Shown here one piece after another: positions 20,861 through 31,152 of a stretch of 64,000 nt of DNA. Numbering within the stretch: position 1 is the first letter of the stretch; each line of letters starts with the position of its first letter. The DNA is from an uncultured Chloroflexia bacterium (lineage in GTDB: Bacteria > Chloroflexota > Limnocylindria > Limnocylindrales > CSP1-4): NCBI GenBank assembly GCA_963813535.1, contig CAWEZH010000003.1, positions 512,001 to 576,000 of the forward strand, in the 5' to 3' direction. Under the pieces are notes generated by a model. It saw only the letters and a list, made by a program, of their open reading frames with translations, was not told where the DNA came from and searched no databases. A program made the position numbers and the translations under genes.

Positions 20861-22225
20861 CTGACTGACTCGCTCGCCGGCCGGATCCGCGCCCGAATCC
20901 GTTCGATCCCGGGACTGCACGGGCTGTATCGGCGGCTTCGGGGATCGGCGCCCCGCCGCACGCCAGCGGAGCGTACCGGGCCCCCGCCGCCGCTAGCGGC
21001 GCCGCCACCCAAGGTCGAGGACCGGGTGACCGAGCTCCGTCGGGTGACGCTGGTCGAGTCGCCACGGGACGAGTACCGGCTCAACCTCGTCGTGCCGACG
21101 GTCGAGGGAGCGGGCACCTTCGGCGGGATCCGCACCGCCCTCGACCTGTTCGCGGCGATCGCCCAGGGCTCGGACGAGCGCCGGGTCATCTCGGTCGGCC
21201 GTGCCGGACCCGACGCCGCGGCGTCGATCCCCGACTATGCGCCAGTCGCAGCTGGGGACGATCCTGCCGAGGTACGACACCAATACGTCCCGCTCACGCG
21301 ACCGTTCGATAGGCTCGCGGTCCGTCGGAACGACGTGTTCGTCGCGACGTACTGGACCACGGCCGAGCTGGTCACCCGCATCCGGCGCTGGCAGGGCTCC
21401 GCGTACGGTCGTGCACCGGAACGGTTCGGCTACGTCATCCAGGACTTCGAGCCCGGCTTCTACCCGTTCTCCGCGCAATGGCTGCTCGCCCGCGCGACGT
21501 ACTCGGGCACCGACGAGACCGTCGCGATGTTCAACACCTCGCTCCTGCGCGACCACTTCCACGGCGTCGGGCTCGCATTCGAGCGCGAGTTCGTGTTCGA
21601 GCCGCGGCTCCTCCCCGAGCTCCGGGCCGCGATGGCGCGGCCACCGGTCCCGCGCGAGCGGACCATCCTCGTCTACGGCCGTCCTGGCACGCCACGCAAC
21701 GCGTTCCCGGCCATCGTCGACGGACTGCGGGCCTGGCGCGCCGGCGACCCCGATGCCGACCGATGGCAGGTCGTCAGCGTCGGTCGCGACCACCCCGCGA
21801 TCGACCTCGGGGGCGGGACGACGATGCGATCGATCGGCAAGCTCGACCTCGATGCCTACGCGGCGCTCCTCCGCGAGTCCGCGATCGGCATCTCTCTGAT
21901 GGTCTCGCCCCATCCGAGCTATCCGCCGCTCGAGATGGCGCACCTCGGGATGCTCGTGCTGACCAACCGGTTCGCGGCCAAGGACCTCGCGATGTGGCAT
22001 TCGAACATCACGGCTGTCGACGACATCTCGGCCGAGGGCCTGGCAACGGCGTTGACCGACCTGTGCCGGCGCTTCGAGGCCGATCCCGACGCGGGCTCAC
22101 GCGGTCGCCCCGGCGTGGATGACTTCATCTCCGAGACGCCGCCGTTCGGGTTCGCGGCCGACGTGGCGTCCGAGCTCAGGCGGGGCGTCCCGGAGGCGGT
22201 GACGGCGTCGACGAGCTCTCGCTGA
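20861..22225 (+). CDS. WsaF-like rhamnosyltransferase (GT4-related)
   Basis: RLNLVVP, FGGIRTAL, DVFVATYWTTA, YVIQDFEPGFY, VYGRPGTPRNAF, SLMVSPHPSYPPLEMA; start uncertain (CTG 20861 after GGAGGT). Confidence 0.85.
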   Translation: MTDSLAGRIRARIRSIPGLHGLYRRLRGSAPRRTPAERTGPPPPLAAPPPKVEDRVTELRRVTLVESPRDEYRLNLVVPTVEGAGTFGGIRTALDLFAAIAQGSDERRVISVGRAGPDAAASIPDYAPVAAGDDPAEVRHQYVPLTRPFDRLAVRRNDVFVATYWTTAELVTRIRRWQGSAYGRAPERFGYVIQDFEPGFYPFSAQWLLARATYSGTDETVAMFNTSLLRDHFHGVGLAFEREFVFEPRLLPELRAAMARPPVPRERTILVYGRPGTPRNAFPAIVDGLRAWRAGDPDADRWQVVSVGRDHPAIDLGGGTTMRSIGKLDLDAYAALLRESAIGISLMVSPHPSYPPLEMAHLGMLVLTNRFAAKDLAMWHSNITAVDDISAEGLATALTDLCRRFEADPDAGSRGRPGVDDFISETPPFGFAADVASELRRGVPEAVTASTSSR

Positions 22226-24503
22226 CCCAGGCCGGCCGGGCGTCGAGCAGCGGCCGCATCGCCGCGAGGATCTCCTCCGCGCGTCGCTCGAAGGTATGTC
22301 GCGCGAGCACGGCCGCCCGGCCGCGCTCGGCGATCTCACGCCGCAGCTCGGGCGCGTCCAGGTAGCGGTCGACGGCGGAGCGGAGGTCGTCAGCGTCGCG
22401 ATAGATGGCCACGCCGCCGTCGAACTCCTCGTCCATGCCCTGGACGTCGTCCGATAGCACGAACGCACCGGACGCGAGCGCGTCGTAGATGCGGTTCGAG
22501 ATGAAGCCAGCGCCACGCATGTCCTCCCAGGTGTCGTTGAGCACGATCGACGCGGAGGCGTAGTGACCGCGCAACTCGGCGTTCGGGATGTGCGACCCGC
22601 GAAGGTAGCGCGAGTCCAGGCCATGCTCCTCCCACGCCCGACCGTAGATGGCGAGGTCGCGCTCCGTGGGCACGAGCCACTCGACGATGTGGCGATCGGG
22701 CCGGTAGTTCGCGACGAACAGCAGCTCGTGATGGGGACCGGTGGGATCGGGATAGAACCGCTCGGTGTCGGTCGCTTGATGCAGCGGCTCGACGGGGATC
22801 CGGGCCTGTCCGGCCATGCGGTCGGCGAACCGGTCGGACGCGACGAAGGCGTGGTCGTACGTGTCGTACATCTCGCCGGAGGCGAGGTCCGGGTGGCTGA
22901 TCTGCCAGAGGACGTTGACCTGCGCCGGTCTGTTGTGGGCCTGCTGGTTCCCGAACAGGTGGAGGGTGGCATCGTCCATCGCAGCGGCGGTCGACGCCCA
23001 GTCGACGATCAACCGCACGCGTGTCGGCAGACCGGCACGTTCCAGGTACCGCTGGAGGGCCCGGGCGAAGTGGAAGTCGCCCCAGAGATAGGCGTTCCGC
23101 CACTTCGACGGGCCGATCCGGATGCCGATCCGGCGAGCGGCCAGCCAATCGCGCAGCAGTCCTTGGAGCAGCTCGCCACCGCCGTCGCCGGCGAGGTCGC
23201 CGACCGCGATGCGCTTCGACGTGGCGTCGGCGACCCGGTCGCGGTCGGCTTCGGTCGCGGCGACGACGATGTCGAAGTCGTCGAGGTGCCGCGGGCTCGT
23301 CGTGGTGACCCAGGCCACCCGGATCTGGCCGCTGGGCGCCTCGCGGATATCGGCCTCGGGATCGTTCGTGACGACGACATCGGCGTGGACGGCGCCCTTG
23401 CCCGACCATGGGCCGTCCGGTCGCGCATCGACGACGAGCCAGTCGGTCGTGTCGGCCAGGGATGGGAGCCGCGTCTCGCCGAGCCGCGCGACACGTAGCC
23501 GCGGGAGCGACCAGTCGTGTGCGCCGGTCACGGCATCGCCCAGCACCTGTCGCGCGAGTCGAGGTCCCCAGCGATCGATGAAGCGGGCTCGTTCACCGGC
23601 GGTCTCCCAGGCTCCACGCAGGTCCTTCGGCGGTTTCGCGACCGGCGTATCAAGCGGTTCGTCGTACCAGCACCAGGCGAGGACGCGCCGGTCCGACGTG
23701 ACGGGCCGTCCGGTCGCCCGCAGACCGCTTCCGAGATCGACGTCGGCGAAGGGGATCGCGCCCGTGTAGGCGCCGGCACGGTCGTAGCCGGCCGGGACGC
23801 CGCCCGCCTCGATGAGGTCGGACCGACGCACCAGGATGCATGCGAGCGACACCGCGGGCACGTCGCGATACGGCTCCGACGGGTCCCAGCGGTAGCGTCG
23901 GCCCACGCCGAGGTGGCGCGGCGTGATGACCCCGTTCGAGCGTTCCAGGTCGATGCCGGCCGACAGCACCGTCAGGTCGGCCGTCTGCTGGCGGGCACGG
24001 ACGAGACCTGCGCCGCCCGGCCGGATCAGGAGCGGCGCGGCTGCGACGGACCCGGCCATGACGCGCTCGACGAGATGGCCGAGCCAGTCGCCGAGGACGG
24101 GTTCGATCGCGCCGTCGACGATGCAGATGAACTCGCCGTCGGCCGCCTCGACCGCCGCCTGGATGGCGGGCTGCCGATCCCGGTCGACCGGTGGCGCGAC
24201 CGACCGAACGGCGACCGAGGTCGCCGCTGCCAGCTCGGCCGGGGCCGGCTCCGGGTCGGCGATGACGATCACTTCGATCGGCCGGTACGTCGTCCGGTCC
24301 AGCGCCGCCAGCCGTCGCGCGAGCACCTCGGGGCGGGGTTCCACCAGCACGATCGACACGAGCGGACCCGAGCGGACGTCGGACTCCGGTACTCGTCTGC
24401 GGACCCTGCGCCGGAACAGCCGCACATCCCAGGGCATCGCACGCAGGCGTTGCCTGATCAGGCGGGCGCGCGTGAGACGCAGGGCACGACGGATGCGATT
24501 CAT
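22176..24503 (-). CDS. Two-domain glycosyltransferase: degenerate GT2 plus CgeB-like (Glyco_trans_1_2) domain
   Basis: PLVSIV..., VSLACILVRR; C-terminal WGDFHFA, WQISHPD, QATD, IVLNDTWEDM, GFISNRIYDALASG, HTFERR. Confidence 0.8.
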   Translation of the reverse strand: MNRIRRALRLTRARLIRQRLRAMPWDVRLFRRRVRRRVPESDVRSGPLVSIVLVEPRPEVLARRLAALDRTTYRPIEVIVIADPEPAPAELAAATSVAVRSVAPPVDRDRQPAIQAAVEAADGEFICIVDGAIEPVLGDWLGHLVERVMAGSVAAAPLLIRPGGAGLVRARQQTADLTVLSAGIDLERSNGVITPRHLGVGRRYRWDPSEPYRDVPAVSLACILVRRSDLIEAGGVPAGYDRAGAYTGAIPFADVDLGSGLRATGRPVTSDRRVLAWCWYDEPLDTPVAKPPKDLRGAWETAGERARFIDRWGPRLARQVLGDAVTGAHDWSLPRLRVARLGETRLPSLADTTDWLVVDARPDGPWSGKGAVHADVVVTNDPEADIREAPSGQIRVAWVTTTSPRHLDDFDIVVAATEADRDRVADATSKRIAVGDLAGDGGGELLQGLLRDWLAARRIGIRIGPSKWRNAYLWGDFHFARALQRYLERAGLPTRVRLIVDWASTAAAMDDATLHLFGNQQAHNRPAQVNVLWQISHPDLASGEMYDTYDHAFVASDRFADRMAGQARIPVEPLHQATDTERFYPDPTGPHHELLFVANYRPDRHIVEWLVPTERDLAIYGRAWEEHGLDSRYLRGSHIPNAELRGHYASASIVLNDTWEDMRGAGFISNRIYDALASGAFVLSDDVQGMDEEFDGGVAIYRDADDLRSAVDRYLDAPELRREIAERGRAAVLARHTFERRAEEILAAMRPLLDARPAWVSESSSTPSPPPGRPA

Positions 24504-24666
24504 GGGCTCCGGAGCGTCGGTCGTGGTATCGGCCCGACGGGGTCGGTGTGACGGGACGATGGGATCGGCGCGATGGTGGGCATCCGGCCCGCGCTAGCCG
24601 GCATCGGCGCAAGGATAGCGGGCCGCGCGAGCCCCTTCCCTCGCCTGTGCTAGCGTCTCTCCGCGG

Positions 24667-26103
24667 ATGCCCCGTATCGCGTACCTGACCTATTCGAGCG
24701 CTGAGTTCGACGGCCGCACCCGCCGCATGGCACGGACCGCGCTGGCGGCCGGTTACGAGGTCGTGGTCTATGCCCGCTGGCAACCGGGCGTCCCCTTCGA
24801 GGAGGACGGCCTCGGCTACCGCGTGATCCGCGTCCCGGCCGTGCCCGACCTCGCGATCCCGTGGCGGCGGAGGCGCGGCCGGCGCCGACTCCGCGACATC
24901 ATGACGGGCGCGTACGCGGGGTCGACCGTCGCACGGCGGGACGACGACGAGGACTCATCCGAGGAGGCCGACGAGCCGACCGAGACGCGCGATCAGGAGG
25001 TCGCGATGCCCTCGCTGGCACGCCGGCTCGCGCGCCTGGTCTGGCGACCGACCCGGCGGTTGATCCGCCGGATCAGCATGGCCCGCTTCACGTACCCGAT
25101 GATGCTGTTCCCGCTCCGGCCACTCGGCTGGGCGATCCCGCTCGACGAGACGGCCGAGCCGGCCGACATCTGGCACGGCATGTGGGCAGGATCCCTGCCC
25201 GCGCTCGACCGGCTGCGGGCGAAGCATGGCGGGCGCACGGTCTACGACAGCCGCGACGTCTACATGCGGTCGCGCGGCTTCGAGCGGATGGGCGCCTTCA
25301 AGGCCCCGTTCGCGTGGCTCGAACGACGCTGGGCGCGGCGCGCGGATGCCGTCCTGACGGTGAACGATGCCTATGCCGCCCTGCTCGCCGAGCAATTTCG
25401 GATCGAGCGTCCGCCCGTCGTCAGGAACACCCCGGACCGGTACACGCCGCCATCTCCGCGGCCCGACCTCATCCGCGAGGCACTCGGCCTCAGCGCGGAG
25501 ACCCGCGTCGTCCTCTACCAGGGTGGGTTGCTGAGCGATCGCGGCATCGAGCAGGGCATGGAGGCGATCCTCGACGTCCCCGACGCCGTGCTCGCGATCA
25601 TGGGCTTCGGATCGGCACAAGCGGAGATCGAGGCATTGGCCGACTCACCTCGCTTCCGCGACCAGGTGCGGATGCTCGAACCCGTCACGCCGGACGCACT
25701 GCTCGATTGGACCGCGTCGGCGGATGTGATGTTGATGGCCATCCAGCCGACGAGCGTCAACCATACGTTCACGACTCCGCAGAAGCTGTGGGAGGCGATC
25801 GCCGCCGGCGTCCCGGTGGTGGCCACCGACCTGCCGGGCATGGCGGAGATCGTCCGCGACACGGGCTGCGGCGTGCTGGTCGACGCGACCGATCCCGCCG
25901 ACATCGCCCGCGCGATCCGGCAGATCGTGGATGCGCCTGCCGAGGCACGGGGTGCCATGCGCGAACGGACGTGGCGCGCGGGGCAGGACCGCTACAACTG
26001 GGAGCGCGAGACCGACACGCTGCTCGCTCTCTACCGCGAGCTCCTCGGTCAGCCCGCTGCAAGCGTTCCCGCACCGGCGAGCCGATCGACGAGCGCGACC
26101 TAG
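24667..26103 (+). CDS. GT4 glycosyltransferase (tandem paralog A)
   Basis: DGRTRRMA, VYDSRD, LYQGGLLSDRGIE, PQKLWEAIAAGVPVVATD, YNWE. Confidence 0.9.
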   Translation: MPRIAYLTYSSAEFDGRTRRMARTALAAGYEVVVYARWQPGVPFEEDGLGYRVIRVPAVPDLAIPWRRRRGRRRLRDIMTGAYAGSTVARRDDDEDSSEEADEPTETRDQEVAMPSLARRLARLVWRPTRRLIRRISMARFTYPMMLFPLRPLGWAIPLDETAEPADIWHGMWAGSLPALDRLRAKHGGRTVYDSRDVYMRSRGFERMGAFKAPFAWLERRWARRADAVLTVNDAYAALLAEQFRIERPPVVRNTPDRYTPPSPRPDLIREALGLSAETRVVLYQGGLLSDRGIEQGMEAILDVPDAVLAIMGFGSAQAEIEALADSPRFRDQVRMLEPVTPDALLDWTASADVMLMAIQPTSVNHTFTTPQKLWEAIAAGVPVVATDLPGMAEIVRDTGCGVLVDATDPADIARAIRQIVDAPAEARGAMRERTWRAGQDRYNWERETDTLLALYRELLGQPAASVPAPASRSTSAT

Positions 26104-26182
26104 GCGCCCGCTCGTCGCGAGGCCGTCGTTGATGTGACGGCCCGCCGCATACGGCCGGTTCGGGGTGATACGGTCCGCCGTC

Positions 26183-27586
26183 ATGACCCGGATCGCGTAC
26201 CTCACGTATTCGACCGCCGAGTACGACGGCCGTACGCAACGGATGGCCCGGACGGCCCTCGCGGAGGGATACGAGGTGGTCGTCTACGCTCGCTGGCAGC
26301 CCGGCCTCCCGTTCGAGGAACAGGCATCCGGTTACACCATCAAGCGCGTGCCGGCGCTCCTCGAGCTGGCGATCCCGGGTCGACGAAGCCGCGGTCGCCG
26401 AAGGGTCGCCGCTGCGCGACGCCGGCACGCGGCAGAGGTCGTCGCCCGAACGGCCGAAATGGAGGCCGCGGCGGCGGGCGATCCGTCGGAGACAGCGCCC
26501 GACATGGCGGCGGGTGGCGGTGACGGTCTCGGATGGGTCCCCGACCAGATCCGAGGTACGACCGTCGCGCGCCCGCTCCGGGCATTCCGCCGGATCGTCA
26601 TCAACCCGTTCCTGCTCTTCCCGCTTCGTCCGTGCGGATGGGCCGTCGCCCTCGATGAGGTGGCGGAACACGCGGATATCTGGCATGGGATGTGGGCCGG
26701 CTCGCTGCCGGCGCTCGTTCGCCAGCAGTCCAGGCTTGGCGGTCGAACGGTCTATGACAGCCGCGACGTCTACATGCACTCGCGCGGCTTCGAGCGGATG
26801 GGCCCGTTCAAGGCCCCATTCGCCTGGCTCGAACGCCGCTGGGCACGGCGCGTGGACTCGGTCCTCACCGTGAACGACGCCTATGCCGACCTTCTGGCAC
26901 GGCGCTTCGACATCGATCGACCACCGGTCGTGCGCAACACGCCATGGCGCTACCAGCGGCCGAGTCCACCTCCGGACCTCATCCGGCAGGCATTGGGTCT
27001 CTCACCCGAGACGCGGGTCGTGCTGTACCAGGGCGGCCTCCTGAGCGACCGGGGCATCGAGCAGGGCGTCGAGGCGATCGGCGCCGTGCCCGGGACCGTG
27101 CTCGCGATCATGGGCTTCGGGTCCTCGGAGCCGGCATTGCGCGCGCTGGCCGCGTCTGTCGCCCACGGCGACCGGGTGCGGTTCCTGCCGCCGGTGCCGC
27201 CGGACCGGCTGCTCGACTGGACCGCCTCGGCCGATGCGATGCTGATGGCCATCCAACCCACGAGCATCAACCACCGCTTCACGACCCCCCAGAAGCTGTG
27301 GGAAGCGATCGCGGCCGGCGTGCCGGTCGTCGCCAGCGACCTGCCAGGCATGGCCGAGGTCGTGCGCGAGACCGACAGCGGCGCCCTCGTGGACCCGACC
27401 GATCCCGCCGACATCGCCCGCGGCATCCGGGAGATCGTCGAGGCGCCCACCGACGAGCGCGATCGGATGCGGGAACGGACGTGGCGCGCGGGGCAGGATC
27501 GGTACAACTGGGAGCAGGAGAGCCGGACGCTGCTGGGCCTGTATCGCGATCTGCTCGCCCGAGACGAGCGCCCCCCTCACCGCTAA
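26183..27586 (+). CDS. GT4 glycosyltransferase (tandem paralog B)
   Basis: Same motifs as paralog A; ATG 26183 MTRIAYLTYS. Confidence 0.9.
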   Translation: MTRIAYLTYSTAEYDGRTQRMARTALAEGYEVVVYARWQPGLPFEEQASGYTIKRVPALLELAIPGRRSRGRRRVAAARRRHAAEVVARTAEMEAAAAGDPSETAPDMAAGGGDGLGWVPDQIRGTTVARPLRAFRRIVINPFLLFPLRPCGWAVALDEVAEHADIWHGMWAGSLPALVRQQSRLGGRTVYDSRDVYMHSRGFERMGPFKAPFAWLERRWARRVDSVLTVNDAYADLLARRFDIDRPPVVRNTPWRYQRPSPPPDLIRQALGLSPETRVVLYQGGLLSDRGIEQGVEAIGAVPGTVLAIMGFGSSEPALRALAASVAHGDRVRFLPPVPPDRLLDWTASADAMLMAIQPTSINHRFTTPQKLWEAIAAGVPVVASDLPGMAEVVRETDSGALVDPTDPADIARGIREIVEAPTDERDRMRERTWRAGQDRYNWEQESRTLLGLYRDLLARDERPPHR

Positions 27587-28785
27587 GGCGTGTCGCCCGC
27601 CAGTCGATCGATGAGACCGACGTAGGCTTTCGACGCATGCTCCCAGGCGAGCGTCGCCACGATCGACGACGCAGACCGGGCGGCTGCCTCGCGACGTGAC
27701 GGGTCGTCGACGAGGGCGAGGATGGCGTCGGCCATGGCGTCCGCGTCGCCCGACGGATACATCGCGACCGCGTCGCCGGGGAAGTCGCGCTCGACGGTCG
27801 GGAGTCGCGTGGCGACGACGGGTTTGCCCATCGCGACGTACTCGTAGACCTTGCCCGACACGGTGAGCGCGGTGAACCGGTCAAGGCGGGTCGGCGCGAG
27901 TCCGATATCGGCCGCGGCGACGACCGCCGGGACGTCTTCGATCGGGATGCGACCGTGGAACACGACCCGGTCACCGATCCCGAGCTCATCGGCGAGCGCT
28001 CGCAGCGTCGCTTCGGAGTCGCCCCGACCGTAGCAGTCGAGGACCACGTCGAGATCCGGGCGTCGCTCGCGCATCCGGGCGATCGCGCGCAGCGCGACGT
28101 CCAGCTCGTAGGTCGGCGTCAGGGCGCCGGTGTACACGAGACGAAGCCGCCCGTCCTCGCAGAAGGTGCGGTTCGGGTAGGCCAAGGCGTCGAACCGGGC
28201 GAGGGATGGGCTGTTGACCACGACATGGATGTCGTCCGCGTCGTGGCCCAGGGCCACCAGGCGATCGCGCATCGCATCGGTCACGGTGATCGTCAGCGTC
28301 GAGAACGCGATCGACAGCCGCTCCTGCAGCCTGAGCAGCCCGTGGACGAACGGGTTCCGCACGCTCGGGAAGCGCATCCGGAAGAACTCCGGCATCGCCT
28401 CGTGGAGATCGAGGACGACCGGAACCCCGACGAGGCGGAGGGGCAGCGTCGCGAAGACGAGGAAGTCGGGCGGCGAGTGGACCTGCGCGACGGCGAATCG
28501 CTCGGACCGATGCAGCCGAGCCGCCGTCCACATCGATCGCGCGACGAACGTGAGGTACTCGAACAGGTACACGCCGATGCCGGCGCCCTGGTGGCGCTGC
28601 ACATCGAGGTGCCGGATGCGGACCCCTGCCAGCTCGGAATCGACTGGATCGTCCGGACGTCGGAGCCCGATGACCCGGACCGGCCGGCCCGTGGCGACGA
28701 GCGTCTCGGCCTGGCGGCGGACCCGGGGATCCTCCTCGTAGTAGGCGTGGACGATCATGAGGACCGGCCGTCCCCGCACGGTCAC
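27583..28785 (-). CDS. GT4 glycosyltransferase
   Basis: DPRVRRQAETL, HSPPDFLVFA, DLHEAMPE, KVYEYVAMGKPVV. Confidence 0.9.
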   Translation of the reverse strand: MTVRGRPVLMIVHAYYEEDPRVRRQAETLVATGRPVRVIGLRRPDDPVDSELAGVRIRHLDVQRHQGAGIGVYLFEYLTFVARSMWTAARLHRSERFAVAQVHSPPDFLVFATLPLRLVGVPVVLDLHEAMPEFFRMRFPSVRNPFVHGLLRLQERLSIAFSTLTITVTDAMRDRLVALGHDADDIHVVVNSPSLARFDALAYPNRTFCEDGRLRLVYTGALTPTYELDVALRAIARMRERRPDLDVVLDCYGRGDSEATLRALADELGIGDRVVFHGRIPIEDVPAVVAAADIGLAPTRLDRFTALTVSGKVYEYVAMGKPVVATRLPTVERDFPGDAVAMYPSGDADAMADAILALVDDPSRREAAARSASSIVATLAWEHASKAYVGLIDRLAGDTP

Positions 28786-30086
28786 GCCCCCGTCGACCAG
28801 CCTGCCCCGAGTCGAAGGACCTGCCGCTCCCGCGTCGCTCGGTCGCGTGAGCTGTCAACGGTGTCGACGACCAACGCCGCCCGCTCGTACACGCTCGGCC
28901 AGTCGATCGCGGCATGCGGCGTGACGACGACGATCACGTCGGCCCACCCGAGCAGCTCGTCGAGGCCGGTCTCGGGCCGGACGGTCCCGGCCGCATCGGT
29001 GAACGAATCCACGTGCGGATCGTGGAACCGCACGTCTGCACCGCGTTCGGCGATGCCGGCGATCACCTCGGACGCGGGGGAGTTGCGGGCATCGCGGACA
29101 TTCGGCTTGAACGCGACGCCAAGGACCCCGACCTTGGCGCCTTTCAGGGCCTTGCCGCGATCGTTGAGCGCCTCGGCCACGAGGTCGACGACGTGGCGAG
29201 GCATCGCGAAGTTGATGTCGCCGGCCAGCTCGATGAAGCGGTCGATGAAGTCGAATTCACGCGCCCGCCAGGCGAGGTAATACGGATCCACCGGGATGCA
29301 ATGTCCGCCGACACCCGGGCCCGGCGTGAACTTCATGAACCCGAAGGGCTTGGTCGCCGCGGCGTTGATGACCTCCCAGACATCGAGGCCCATCCGCTCA
29401 CACAGCAACGCGAGCTGGTTGACGAACGCGATGTTGACGTTGCGGAACACGTTCTCGAGCAGCTTCGCGAGCTCGGCCGCGTCCGGTGAGCTGAGCTCGA
29501 TTACGTTGTCGTTGATGTTGCGGAGCAGGGCCGCGGCACGCTTCGTGGCCTGCGGCGTCGTGGCGCCCACGAGGCGCGGCACGGTCTTGCTGGCGCTGGC
29601 GGGATCGCCCGGGTTGACCCGTTCCGGGGCGAAGGCCAGATCGAAGTCGACGCCGGCGCGCAGGCCGCTGCGCTCGACGACCTCGCGGAAGGGGCCGGTG
29701 GTCGTGCCCGGGAAGGTCGTCGACTGGAGCACCACGAGCTGTCCCTTGCGCACGCCGCCGCAGATCGTCTCGGCGGCGGACAAGACCGGTTTGAGGTCGG
29801 GATCCTTGGTCGAGGTGATGGGCGTCGGTACGCACACGAAGATCGCATCGGCGTCGCCGAGGTGCGCCTCCTCCGGTGAGACCACGGTCAGTCCGTCCCC
29901 GAGGGCCGCGGCCAGCCGTTCGTTGGTCACATCGTCGATCGGCGAGGAACCGGCATTGAGTTCCGCGACCCGGCCGCTGTAGGCGTCGATGCCCTCGACC
30001 GTCAGACCCGCCTCGGCGAAGGAGATGGCCAGTGGCAGGCCGACGTAGCCCAGCCCGATGACGGCGACCCGTCGGTCCTCGCTCAC
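28782..30086 (-). CDS. UDP-N-acetylhexosamine 6-dehydrogenase (WbpA/WecC-like)
   Basis: IGLGYVGLPLA, CVPTP, STTFPGTT, PERVNPG, KLLENVFRNVNIA, GVGGHCIPVDP; GTG 30086 with GGAGG SD. Confidence 0.93.
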   Translation of the reverse strand: MSEDRRVAVIGLGYVGLPLAISFAEAGLTVEGIDAYSGRVAELNAGSSPIDDVTNERLAAALGDGLTVVSPEEAHLGDADAIFVCVPTPITSTKDPDLKPVLSAAETICGGVRKGQLVVLQSTTFPGTTTGPFREVVERSGLRAGVDFDLAFAPERVNPGDPASASKTVPRLVGATTPQATKRAAALLRNINDNVIELSSPDAAELAKLLENVFRNVNIAFVNQLALLCERMGLDVWEVINAAATKPFGFMKFTPGPGVGGHCIPVDPYYLAWRAREFDFIDRFIELAGDINFAMPRHVVDLVAEALNDRGKALKGAKVGVLGVAFKPNVRDARNSPASEVIAGIAERGADVRFHDPHVDSFTDAAGTVRPETGLDELLGWADVIVVVTPHAAIDWPSVYERAALVVDTVDSSRDRATRERQVLRLGAGWSTGA

Positions 30087-30267
30087 GATCCCTCCGATCC
30101 CTCCTGCGGATGACCGCCCGCGTGGCGCGGAACGGGGCTGGAGGTCCGCCGGAGAGGATACCGGGAGTGGCCCGGCGGTGGGGTCGAACGGGTCGTCGGA
30201 AGCCCACGACGGACGCCCTCCCACGCTCTCCCGGCCACTCGCGGAGGCCGTGCTACCCTTCGCCGCG

Positions 30268-31152
30268 ATGTCCACCACCAGTGAGGTGCCGGCTGAGTTC
30301 CGCCACGCGGCGGCCCAGCCGGGGCCGCTACGGCTATTCCTCGATGCGCTCGAGGACATCCTCTCCCGGCGCCGCCTCGTCGGCTACCTGGTGCGGGCGG
30401 ACATCCGCAAGAAGGGCGCCGACACGTTCCTCGGCAACCTCTGGTGGGTCCTCGACCCGCTCCTCCAGATGCTGGTGTACGTCGTCTTCGTGTCGATCAT
30501 CTTCCAGCGCCCCACGGCGGATTACCCGCTGTTCGTGCTCGCGGCGATCCTTCCCTGGAAGTGGTTCACCAGCAGCATCAACGACGCGACCGTGTCGGTG
30601 ACCAGCTCGGGGTCGCTCATCCGCCAGATCCAGTTCCCGAAGATCGTCCTGCCGATGGCATCGACCGGCGCAGCGGTCGTCGGTTTCGCCTTCAGCCTGA
30701 TCCCGCTCGTGGCGATCATGGCGCTCTACCCGCACAGGATCACTGCGTACCTCTTGCTGATCCCGGTCGTCGCCGTCGTGCAGTTCCTCTTCACGCTCGG
30801 GGCGTCGTTCATCGTCGCCGCGGTCAACGTCTTCTTCCGGGACCTGGGCAACGTCCTGCGCCATTTCCTGCGGCTGTGGTTCTACCTGTCTCCGGGCCTG
30901 TACAGCCTGCAGATGCTCGAGGAGAGCGGCTTCTTCGCCCAGAACCCGCTCCTCCTGCGCATCCTCCAGCTCAATCCGTTCGCGACGCTGTTCGAGGCCT
31001 TCCGCGCGGTCATCTACGGCGATGAGGTGACTGGTCCGCATCTGCCTGACTTCGCGGCGCTTGGCGCGCTCGGCGTCGCCAGCCTGGTCCTGATCATGCT
31101 CGGCAGCATCATCTTCAAGCGCCTCGAACCGATGTACGCGAAGGTCCTTTGA
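30268..31152 (+). CDS. wzm: Polysaccharide ABC exporter permease (Wzm/TagG-like)
   Basis: LGNLWWVLDPLLQMLVYVVF, FP(K)IVLP, VFFRDLG, WFYLSPGLY, LNPF. Confidence 0.9.
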   Translation: MSTTSEVPAEFRHAAAQPGPLRLFLDALEDILSRRRLVGYLVRADIRKKGADTFLGNLWWVLDPLLQMLVYVVFVSIIFQRPTADYPLFVLAAILPWKWFTSSINDATVSVTSSGSLIRQIQFPKIVLPMASTGAAVVGFAFSLIPLVAIMALYPHRITAYLLLIPVVAVVQFLFTLGASFIVAAVNVFFRDLGNVLRHFLRLWFYLSPGLYSLQMLEESGFFAQNPLLLRILQLNPFATLFEAFRAVIYGDEVTGPHLPDFAALGALGVASLVLIMLGSIIFKRLEPMYAKVL

